Source: Planctomycetota bacterium
Lineage (GTDB): Bacteria > Planctomycetota > SZUA-567 > H5-PLA8
NCBI GenBank assembly: GCA_045863855.1
Contig: BTVV01000143.1
Coordinates: 1 to 14,778, forward strand
Length of the DNA stretch: 14,778 nt
Direction: 5' to 3'
The position numbers were made by a program, and so were the translations under genes. Within the stretch, counting starts at the first letter, position 1, and every line of letters begins with the position of its first letter. The notes beneath the pieces were generated by a model. It made no database searches and had not been told where the DNA came from. It worked only from the letters and a program-made list of their open reading frames with translations. This document shows positions 7,750 to 14,778 of the stretch, piece after piece.

Positions 7750-9678
7750 ATGCGCCGACTCGAACGCGTGGGCCTCGTCTGTCTCCTGGTCACTTGCGCA
7801 GGGGTTGCTCGGACCCAAGAGCCCGCGTCCGGTCTAGCGCTGGTTAACGAATTGCCGGTGAGCGGACCGCAGGTGACGCTGCTGCCCACGTATGGATGGC
7901 AATACCGGCCCGGTTCGGCGGTGGTATTAGAGGGGCAGGTCACCAGCGCCGAAGCCGAATTCAGCGGCGGAATCGAACTTCGTGAAGGGACGGGGGAAGG
8001 CGCACCGCGCTATTTCACCCACGCGCGCTTTCGTTCGGATGCGCCGACTCGCTTTCGGGTAGCGGTACGAGCGCCAGCGGCGGGTGCGGACCTGACGCTG
8101 GAACTCTGGAAGGACGATCCCGAAAGCGGGCAGCGCCGAGCGCGCTTCAAAGCGCATCTGGCGCGGGTGCTGGAAGTCGTCGCCAGCGCTGACGAGCGGT
8201 TGGTCTGGGTGGTGGGCGCCTCGCGCTGGATCGACCGGCCGCGTTGGCATGCGGCGCGACTGACCGGCGCGCAATTGCCGGAGCAGGATTGGATATACGA
8301 GAACGCCGATGTGGTGGTGCTGGGCCAAGGAGCATTTGACGGCGTCGGCGATAGGGCCTTGGGTGCGCTGCGGCGGTGGCTGTTGCGGGGCGGCCGAGTT
8401 CTGATCGTGGGGGCGGGCACTTTGGACCGCGCTCGCCGGGCGGGGCTGACTCCGCTGCCGGCCGCATCCGAGCGCCTACCGGAAGACCCCGCGGCGTGGT
8501 TTAGTGAAGCGAGCCTGCAAGAAGAAGACGTCGGCTACGACGATGGCTCGCGGATGATTTTCGCGCGCTACCGACTGGGCTTGGGTGGGGGGGTCTTTTT
8601 CTTTCCATGGGCGAGTGCGGAGTCGATGTTGCCGGTCTGGGAGCGGGCGCTTTCGAGTCCGGAGTTGCAGCCGCAACGGCTTCCGCCCAACGACCGGCGC
8701 ATCGCCCCGCGTGCATTCGATGCATTCGAGGCCGGCGCGGTGGCCGCGCGCGTGCGAGACGAATCCGCGCTTTGGGCTCTGGTGGGCGCTGCGATGATGC
8801 TGGCGGTCCTGGCTTGGCTGCGCGCGGAGCGCACGCGCTACATGGCCGCGGGACTGGCGCTCGGCTCGATCGCCGCCCTGGCGGCGGGGCTGGGCCAGGC
8901 GTTTCCGCCGCCCGAGTTGATCGTTTCGCGGCTTTTGCGCGTGAGCGTGCCCGCCGACGGCCGGGCGGTCTTCGAAGAAGAACTGTCCTTCCTCGAAGGG
9001 CTGCGCGCATCCGAACGGCTGGCGCTGGACGGGCCGGCGCAAGGCACGCTACGCGCCTTGCATGCATCCGACGGCGAACTGGCCGCGAATTATTTGGATC
9101 TGGAAGCGCGCGAGAAGGGCTTGCACTATGCGTTCCGGCCGGTCTATCCGCCTCCTCCTCCGCCGCTTTTTCTGGCTCAGCGTAGCGCGGCGCGCGAAAC
9201 GCCTCGAGATGCGCCTCGCTTGCGCTTGACCGAAGCTAACGGCGCTCGCGCCATCGTGCTCCCCGCCGGACTCACCGCGCAGGAGATCCAAGCGGCGTTC
9301 GGTCGCGCGCCGCGTGGCGCGGTGCTGGTTCGATCGGACGGTTCGCGCAGCGTACTGAGCGGCCTCTGGTCGAGCGCGGGCTGGACGATGGAAGCTGCGG
9401 CGGACGACGCGGCCGCCTGGCGGCCGCTGGGCGAGCCCGCAAGCGAGGCCTCGCGATCCGCGCGCGGGGCGGCTTTGCGCTGGGGCCAGGAAGGCGTGGG
9501 CACCCGGCTGGTAGTCTTCGACGAGGGCGCCTCCGGCGCGCCGGTGCTTGCCGAAATCGAAGGGCTTCGAGCCCTGGACGGACCGCGGTTGGTGTTCTGG
9601 GTCCTTGATGTGGATCTGGACCGCCCGAACGCGTCTACGCCGGGCGCGCCTCGAACGGGCGCGGTTTGGACGGAATAA
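7750..9678 (+). CDS. Hypothetical exported/membrane protein with signal peptide, class I GATase-like (probably non-catalytic) domain and two TM helices
   Basis: 642-aa ORF that fills the gap between mnmG and hisA. SD GGGAGGT at 7734-7740 lies inside the mnmG end. Signal-like N-terminus MRRLERVGLVCLLVTCAGVART. Segment ADVVVLG...ALRRWLLRGGRVLIVG. Hydrophobic helices at about 8767-8820 and 8839-8895. Confidence 0.75.
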   Translation: MRRLERVGLVCLLVTCAGVARTQEPASGLALVNELPVSGPQVTLLPTYGWQYRPGSAVVLEGQVTSAEAEFSGGIELREGTGEGAPRYFTHARFRSDAPTRFRVAVRAPAAGADLTLELWKDDPESGQRRARFKAHLARVLEVVASADERLVWVVGASRWIDRPRWHAARLTGAQLPEQDWIYENADVVVLGQGAFDGVGDRALGALRRWLLRGGRVLIVGAGTLDRARRAGLTPLPAASERLPEDPAAWFSEASLQEEDVGYDDGSRMIFARYRLGLGGGVFFFPWASAESMLPVWERALSSPELQPQRLPPNDRRIAPRAFDAFEAGAVAARVRDESALWALVGAAMMLAVLAWLRAERTRYMAAGLALGSIAALAAGLGQAFPPPELIVSRLLRVSVPADGRAVFEEELSFLEGLRASERLALDGPAQGTLRALHASDGELAANYLDLEAREKGLHYAFRPVYPPPPPPLFLAQRSAARETPRDAPRLRLTEANGARAIVLPAGLTAQEIQAAFGRAPRGAVLVRSDGSRSVLSGLWSSAGWTMEAAADDAAAWRPLGEPASEASRSARGAALRWGQEGVGTRLVVFDEGASGAPVLAEIEGLRALDGPRLVFWVLDVDLDRPNASTPGAPRTGAVWTE

Positions 9679-9751
9679 CGCTTTACAGCGCGTGCCGCGG
9701 CGGGCAACCTGCGCCCTTTTCGTGCGAACGCGAGAGACTTGGACGAGGACC

Positions 9752-10483
9752 ATGGCGACCATGCAAGTGATACCGGCGGTGGACATCAAGGGCGGGCAGG
9801 CCGTGCGGTTGGTGCAGGGTTTGGCCGACCGCAAGACGGTGTACGACGACGATCCGGTGCGCGCGGCGCGGCGCTGGATCGACGCGGGCGCGAAGCGGCT
9901 CCATGTAGTGGATCTGGACGGCGCATTCGAAGGCTTCCCGCGTAATGCGGCGATCACGAAAGCGATCATCCGCGCGCTGCCGGGCGTGGAAGTAGAAGTT
10001 GGCGGCGGGCTGCGTTCGCGTGAAGCCGTCGCGGACTTGCTCGACGCGGGTGCGGCGCGCTGTGTGATCGGCACCAAGGCCGTCGAAGATCCTGCCTTTT
10101 TGCGCGGACTGACCGAAGCGTATCCGGGGCGCATCATCCTGGGGCTAGACGCCAAAAACGGTAGGGTGGCGACGAAGGGTTGGGTGGAAGTGAGCGCGCT
10201 GAGCGCCGGCGAGTTGCTGGCATCGGTCGCGGCTTGGCCGCTGGCGGAAGTGATCTATACCGATATCGAGACCGACGGAATGCTGCAGGGGCCGAACTTC
10301 GCTCGCATGGGCGAGGTGGTCAAGGTTTCTCGTTTCCCGGTCATCGCAAGCGGGGGCGTGTCGAAGGTGGAACACATCGCCGCGCTGGTTCGATTGGGTT
10401 GCTTCGGCTGCATCGTGGGCAAGGCGCTGTACGACGGGCAGTTGGAGCTGAAAGCGGCCCTGGACGCGGCGCGGGCCGCTTGA
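9752..10483 (+). CDS. hisA: ProFAR isomerase HisA
   Basis: Start at ATG 9752 (GAGGA upstream) or 9761, not the track's 9548. Motifs VIPAVDIKGGQAVRLVQG, LHVVDLDGA, VGGGLRS, GLDAK, KGW, YTDIETDGMLQGPN, ASGGV and IVGKALY. Confidence 0.96.
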   Translation: MATMQVIPAVDIKGGQAVRLVQGLADRKTVYDDDPVRAARRWIDAGAKRLHVVDLDGAFEGFPRNAAITKAIIRALPGVEVEVGGGLRSREAVADLLDAGAARCVIGTKAVEDPAFLRGLTEAYPGRIILGLDAKNGRVATKGWVEVSALSAGELLASVAAWPLAEVIYTDIETDGMLQGPNFARMGEVVKVSRFPVIASGGVSKVEHIAALVRLGCFGCIVGKALYDGQLELKAALDAARAA

Positions 10484-10553
10484 CCGAGTTGGGTCGAGCG
10501 AGTCTAATTCCTTGGCGGTGTTGCCCTTCCGGAACCGAGGACGCGAAGAGACC

Positions 10554-12593
10554 GTGAACGTATCCTTATATTTGCATGCGTGGCAAGCGGTCCTGATGTT
10601 TCTGGCCGGCATGGTCTGTGTGCTGGCGGGATTCGTCGGCCATTTGCGCACCGGCGGCGCCGAACAGATGCTGCAGCAGGCGCTGGTCAGCTTCCTGCCC
10701 GGCGGCGGGCGCGCGACCTTCGATCCCCCGCTGAACCTTGACTTGCAGCGTTCGGTCCTGACCGTCACGGGATTGAAGCACAGCGACATCGACGACGGCG
10801 TGAATCGCGTGACCGGACTGAGTGCCGATCGCTGCGAAATTCATCTCGACGTTTGGCCATGGCCCCCGCGCATCGAGTCGGTGCACTTTATTGGCATGCG
10901 CGACCTGAGCGTGAATGTCAGTGGCGACTTTCTGCAGCGCCCGCAGGCACCGCTAGTCGGCCCGCCGATTCCCCTTTATTTCGAACAGGTGGACCTGGAA
11001 GCGCGCATCGGTTCGATGCCGGCGTTGCAACTGCGCGGTTGCGGCGGGCGGCTGGATCGTGGCGGCGACGGCGAGCCCATTGGCGAGTTCCGTACCGAGG
11101 TCTTCAACGGACAGCCGTTCGCCCTGCGGGTTTCGTCGCTGGGTGAAGGCCGCTGGAAAGGTGTCGGCAGCGGACTGCAGATCGATACGCCCTCGCAATG
11201 GAGGGAAGGGCAGCCCCACCAGGAGTCGGCGCCTCTGGATCCGGTGGTGCTGCTGCTGCGGACCTTGCTGACGGGCGAGAGCGGCGCGAAAGGCGAACTT
11301 CCTTCGCTGAGCGTGGATGTGCAAGTGCCGACCGGCGAGCGCCCGTTCGCATGCGACGGCTATGTTTCGTACCGAAATCTGGATTTGCGCCTGCCTCGCG
11401 ACGTGCCGGCGGATGTAATGGTGCCGCCGGCCTTGAACTGGATGCAGGGCGCGAAGGGTACGCTTTGGCCGCACTGGCTGAAAGCGGAGGCGATTCGTAC
11501 CGGTCCGGAAGGCCGGGTTTCGTTCCACATGCAGGGCGGCCGGCTGGAATTCGCGGTGGACGAAGGACGCGGCGGCGCAATCTCGGCGCAGTCCGGAGGC
11601 CAGGAACTCGGTCCGGTCGAATCGCTGAAAGGCAGCATCGTGACCGACGGGAAGAGCCGCGCGTCGCGCATCGTGCTGCGCGGCTTCTTGGGCGATCTGT
11701 TGCAGGCGACGTTGATCATGAACCGGCAGGAAGGCGGGGGGCGCTCGTTCCAGCTTGCCTTCGAACCGCGCGCGCTGGGCGGGACCGAAGTCGCCGAAAG
11801 CATGCCGCTGTGGCGTTTCCGCTCGCACGTCGAAGACTACAGCGACTTGTCGGAAGAGGCGCGCGGCGAGCGTCCGCTGGTGCGATTCGACGTCGAACTG
11901 AACAGCCAGGATTTCCCCGATCCGTTCTTGCTGCCGCCGGGCGTGCGCGGCTTACGCGGACGCATCGCCGCGAGCGGGCGTTATCTGTCCGACCGAGTCT
12001 TGTACTTGGACCGCATCGTTTGGGAAAACGGCGGGCTGACGTACGGCGGGGCGGTGACCGGCGAGGCGCACCCGCTACGGGAAAAGGCCTTCGGGCCGTT
12101 CTTGAGCGGTTTAAAAACGCTCTGGGCGGGTAAGGACGAGTGGCGCTTGCAGGACATCAACCTCAGCGCCAAGGCCAAGCTGACCTACGACGAACGCTTT
12201 GGCTGGGTGGGCACCGAGATTCTGAAGGGCAAGCTGGACAGGGGCTTGGTGAGTTACCGCGACCGGACTACCGATTTGGGGCCGGCGAAGGTGGAATTCA
12301 TGGGCCGTTATTTGCGACGGTCGGACGAAGACGGCGAGCCGCCCATTCACTTCGTAGCGGGGACTCGAGACGGCGAGCAGGGCGCGTTCCTTTGGAGCAT
12401 GCAGGTGGTCGGACGGCTGGACGAATCCGGGAACGGGGTTCTGCGGTTCCTCGAGCGGAATGTGCCGTCGCAGTTCCATCCGGAGTTCCCGTTTATCGAC
12501 AGCGAGCACAAATCGGGCGTCTTCGACCGGCGGGTGAGCCGCGAGACGATTCTGCGTCTGCAGGACGGGCAGACTCAGAAAGAACGCAAGTAA
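10554..12593 (+). CDS. Hypothetical membrane-anchored beta-rich protein, possibly AsmA-like
   Basis: Long ORF, about 680 aa. The start is uncertain (TTG 10512, GTG 10554 or ATG 10596). One N-terminal hydrophobic helix (AVLMFLAGMVCVLAGFVG) is followed by many Gly-rich strands with alternating hydrophobic residues. LTVTGL...LSADRCEIHLD...RIESVHF resembles AsmA N-termini. Confidence 0.7.
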   Translation: MNVSLYLHAWQAVLMFLAGMVCVLAGFVGHLRTGGAEQMLQQALVSFLPGGGRATFDPPLNLDLQRSVLTVTGLKHSDIDDGVNRVTGLSADRCEIHLDVWPWPPRIESVHFIGMRDLSVNVSGDFLQRPQAPLVGPPIPLYFEQVDLEARIGSMPALQLRGCGGRLDRGGDGEPIGEFRTEVFNGQPFALRVSSLGEGRWKGVGSGLQIDTPSQWREGQPHQESAPLDPVVLLLRTLLTGESGAKGELPSLSVDVQVPTGERPFACDGYVSYRNLDLRLPRDVPADVMVPPALNWMQGAKGTLWPHWLKAEAIRTGPEGRVSFHMQGGRLEFAVDEGRGGAISAQSGGQELGPVESLKGSIVTDGKSRASRIVLRGFLGDLLQATLIMNRQEGGGRSFQLAFEPRALGGTEVAESMPLWRFRSHVEDYSDLSEEARGERPLVRFDVELNSQDFPDPFLLPPGVRGLRGRIAASGRYLSDRVLYLDRIVWENGGLTYGGAVTGEAHPLREKAFGPFLSGLKTLWAGKDEWRLQDINLSAKAKLTYDERFGWVGTEILKGKLDRGLVSYRDRTTDLGPAKVEFMGRYLRRSDEDGEPPIHFVAGTRDGEQGAFLWSMQVVGRLDESGNGVLRFLERNVPSQFHPEFPFIDSEHKSGVFDRRVSRETILRLQDGQTQKERK

Positions 12594-12661
12594 TCTCGCT
12601 CGTTGGAATTCGCCGAACCGCCGTGCGACCGGCGGCGTAACGGGAGCGAGCGACACTTTAC

Positions 12662-13798
12662 GTGGAACTGCTATGCATGGCCGTGGGAGCCTTTGCCGCT
12701 TGCGCGGCTTGGCTCCTGACCCCTCCGGTTCGCGCGCTCGCGCGACGCATGGGATTCCTGGACCGTCCCGGCGCGCATAAGACTCACGCCGATCCCATTC
12801 CGTACGGCGGCGGCGTAGCCGTGGCCTTGGCCGTGGGATTGGCGCTGGCGGCTGGTACCTGGGTTTACCTGCGGCTGCTTTACGATCCTGCCTGGAGCGG
12901 GCAACGCGCGGCTTGGGGATTCCAATCGTATCTCGAAACGGCTCGCATGAGCGCTCGTCCGCCGCTTGCTCGCGTCCTGGGTGTGAGCCTGGCCGGGGCG
13001 CTGGGCGCGCTGTTGTTCGGTTTGGCCGACGATAAGTGGGCCTTCCGTCCGCTGACCAAACTCGTCATTCAGTTCGCGCTGGCCATCGCGGTAGTGAGCG
13101 GCGGAGTGCGCATGACGGCGCTGGTGGGCGACGGGTGGCCGATGCAGGCCGCCACGGTGCTTTGGATCGTGTTGATCACCAACAGCTTCAACTTGCTCGA
13201 CAACATGGACGGCCTCTGCAGCGGGACGGTAGCGATCACCGCGAGCGTCTTGGCGCTGGTGGCGTTGCCGGGAGGCGAAGCGCCCGTAGCGCTGGTGGCC
13301 GCGGCGCTCGCGGGCGCCTGCTTGGGCTTCCTGCGACACAATCTGGCGCCGGCGAGTATCTTTCTGGGCGATGCCGGATCGATGTTCGTCGGATTCCTGA
13401 TGGCCTGCTTGACGGTGGTGACCACCTATTACCGCTACCACGAGTCGGTACTCAGCATCGGGGTGCCGGTGCTGATCCTGGCAATTCCGCTGTACGACAC
13501 GGCTTCGGTGTTGGCGATCCGTTTGCGCGAAGGCCGCCCGCCGCTGCGCGGAGATACGTCGCACTTTTCGCACCGGCTTGTGGACTTGGGCATGACCCGG
13601 CGACAGGCCGTGGCGACGATTCACTTGGCGGCGCTGGCGATCGCGCTTCCTGCGGCGATCCTGAGCCGCTTGCAGCCGCACGAAGGGGCGCTTCTGATCG
13701 GACAGGCATTCCTGGTCCTGACGCTGATCGCGTTGCTCGAACGCGCCGGCGCGCAGCGCAAGCGCAATGAAACGCAGGGGCCGCCGGCCGATGTCTGA
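12662..13798 (+). CDS. Undecaprenyl-phosphate HexNAc-1-phosphate transferase (WecA/TagO, MraY-like family)
   Basis: LDRPGAHKTH, PYGGGVA, GLADD, NSFNLLDNMDGL, IFLGDAGS and HFSHRL, with many TM helices. GTG start; ATG 12677 is an alternative. Confidence 0.92.
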   Translation: MELLCMAVGAFAACAAWLLTPPVRALARRMGFLDRPGAHKTHADPIPYGGGVAVALAVGLALAAGTWVYLRLLYDPAWSGQRAAWGFQSYLETARMSARPPLARVLGVSLAGALGALLFGLADDKWAFRPLTKLVIQFALAIAVVSGGVRMTALVGDGWPMQAATVLWIVLITNSFNLLDNMDGLCSGTVAITASVLALVALPGGEAPVALVAAALAGACLGFLRHNLAPASIFLGDAGSMFVGFLMACLTVVTTYYRYHESVLSIGVPVLILAIPLYDTASVLAIRLREGRPPLRGDTSHFSHRLVDLGMTRRQAVATIHLAALAIALPAAILSRLQPHEGALLIGQAFLVLTLIALLERAGAQRKRNETQGPPADV

Positions 13799-14778
13799 GC
13801 GCATAGAGGCGCACTCCACTCCGGCGCCTTTCCTTTGGGCGGCCGGGTTGTGCTGGGGCCTGTTTGTGGTGTGGCGTCCTGTCGCGTTCCAACAGCTTCC
13901 CTACAGTCTCGAGGCAGGCTTCGCAAACCTGCTGGCGCTGCTCATGGCCGCGTGCGTCTGGCTCGCGAGCCGCGGGTGCACGCGCTCGAGCATGCCGCCG
14001 GGGGCGTTGTGCTTGTTGGGTTGCTTGGCGGTAGGGTTGCTGGTCTGGGGTCTGGTGCGCTCGCCGCACGACGGCAAGGCCTTCGCGCGCCTGGGTGAGA
14101 TTGGCATCGCCTTTTCCATTCTCCTATCCGTGCATGCGCTGGTTCGCACGCGGCCGGGCGCCGCTGGCGGTTTGCTGGCTGCGTGGGTGGCGATGGGTCT
14201 GGTCGAGGCATTCATCGGCGTGTGGCAGTACCACGTCGATTTGCCGATCTTGCGAGCACGGATTGCGGCAGGACTGGAAGCGGTACCGGACGAATTGCAG
14301 AGCATGGCCGGCCGTTGGCGCTTGCAGGGCGACGACTGCTTCGGCACGTTTGGGATATCCAACACACTGGCCGCGTATCTGCTTCCGGTACTTTTCATTC
14401 ATGCCGCACTATGGTGGGCCGGCCGGCGTGCGCGCGAAGTAAATCAGAGCCGCTGGCGCAGGAGCGATGCGTACCATGCCGCCCTCATGGCGTTGCTGGG
14501 CTATGCGTTTTATCTGACCGGTTCCAAAGGCGCGTGGGCGGCGGCGGGCTTCGGGGCTTGGATCTGGTTAGCGCAGTCCCAAGCCACCAGCGTGCCGCGC
14601 AGGCGCTGGTTCACGATCCTTTCCGTATCAGGCGTGGGAACTGGCTTAGCGGTCGCGGGCCTGATCGTTGCGGGGGTGTTTCCGTCCGATTTGCTGGGTG
14701 CTTCGATGCTCGAACGCTTCGGCTATTGGCAGACGGGCGCACGGATGCTCGCGGCCGAACCGTGGATGGGGCTCGGCT
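13791..14778 (+). CDS. O-antigen ligase (Wzy_C/WaaL-like) family membrane protein, 3'-truncated by the window edge
   Basis: Not in the ORF track. My translation from ATG 13791, which overlaps the upstream TGA, is open to the window end (329 codons): MSERIEAH...IGVWQY...FGTFGISNTLAAYL...LTGSKGAW...SMLERFGYWQTGARMLAAEPWMGLG. It has multiple TM segments. Confidence 0.88.
   Translation, partial: MSERIEAHSTPAPFLWAAGLCWGLFVVWRPVAFQQLPYSLEAGFANLLALLMAACVWLASRGCTRSSMPPGALCLLGCLAVGLLVWGLVRSPHDGKAFARLGEIGIAFSILLSVHALVRTRPGAAGGLLAAWVAMGLVEAFIGVWQYHVDLPILRARIAAGLEAVPDELQSMAGRWRLQGDDCFGTFGISNTLAAYLLPVLFIHAALWWAGRRAREVNQSRWRRSDAYHAALMALLGYAFYLTGSKGAWAAAGFGAWIWLAQSQATSVPRRRWFTILSVSGVGTGLAVAGLIVAGVFPSDLLGASMLERFGYWQTGARMLAAEPWMGLG

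Noticed and set aside
7750..7800. Lipoprotein signal (LLVTC)
   Set aside because: Thr at -1 fits the lipobox poorly; signal peptidase I cleavage near ART-QE is more plausible.
8290..8412. GATase-like domain next to hisA acting as a second HisH
   Set aside because: The protein appears exported and membrane-bound, lacks the Cys nucleophile and HPE motif, and a canonical hisH is already present.
9679..9751. Possible terminator/attenuator upstream of hisA (GC-rich stretch plus TTTT, and an alternative TTTCGTG/CGCGAGA hairpin)
   Set aside because: The stems are short and wobble-rich, the U-tract is only 4 nt, and there is no His-codon leader peptide or T-box.
9752..10483. Bifunctional PriA (HisA/TrpF)
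   Set aside because: It has VGGGLR and TKGW rather than the actinobacterial PriA-type SGGIR and RGW, so plain HisA is the simpler call.
2549..13819. Long antisense and alternative-frame ORFs (e.g. 2549-3592, 4079-5422, 6502-7818, 9049-10155 and 12671-13819 on -, 5643-7214 on +)
   Set aside because: They are shadows of well-supported genes in high-GC DNA, Arg/Ala/Pro-rich, with no recognisable motifs.
13835..14442. Short ORFs listed in the track at the window end
   Set aside because: They overlap the uninterrupted ligase-family frame starting at 13791, which explains the region.
1..14778. CRISPR arrays, tRNA/rRNA genes, IS elements, prophage or defence genes
   Set aside because: No regularly spaced repeats, cloverleafs, transposase/integrase motifs or obvious compositional shifts were seen by eye. 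Spacers are short (largest about 165 nt).

Overview
GC-rich bacterial chromosomal segment with 14 genes, all on the + strand and mostly housekeeping. In order: 3' end of a prepilin peptidase (PilD-like), hisH, an M24 Xaa-Pro peptidase, accB, accC, a phosphofructokinase with PPi-dependent signature residues, a cold-shock protein followed by an intrinsic terminator, mnmG (gidA) with an unusual ~35-aa insert, an uncharacterised exported/membrane protein with a GATase-like domain, hisA, an uncharacterised membrane-anchored beta-rich (AsmA-like) protein, a WecA/TagO-type MraY-family transferase, and the 5' part of an O-antigen ligase (Wzy_C) family gene. The last gene is missing from the supplied ORF track because it runs off the window. 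I found no RNA genes, CRISPR arrays, mobile elements or defence systems, and no convincing new system. The best leads are the two large unknown envelope proteins, the AsmA-like/WecA/ligase module, the MnmG insert, the PPi-type PFK and several structured spacers. Gene order suggests Planctomycetota/PVC, but that is inference only.
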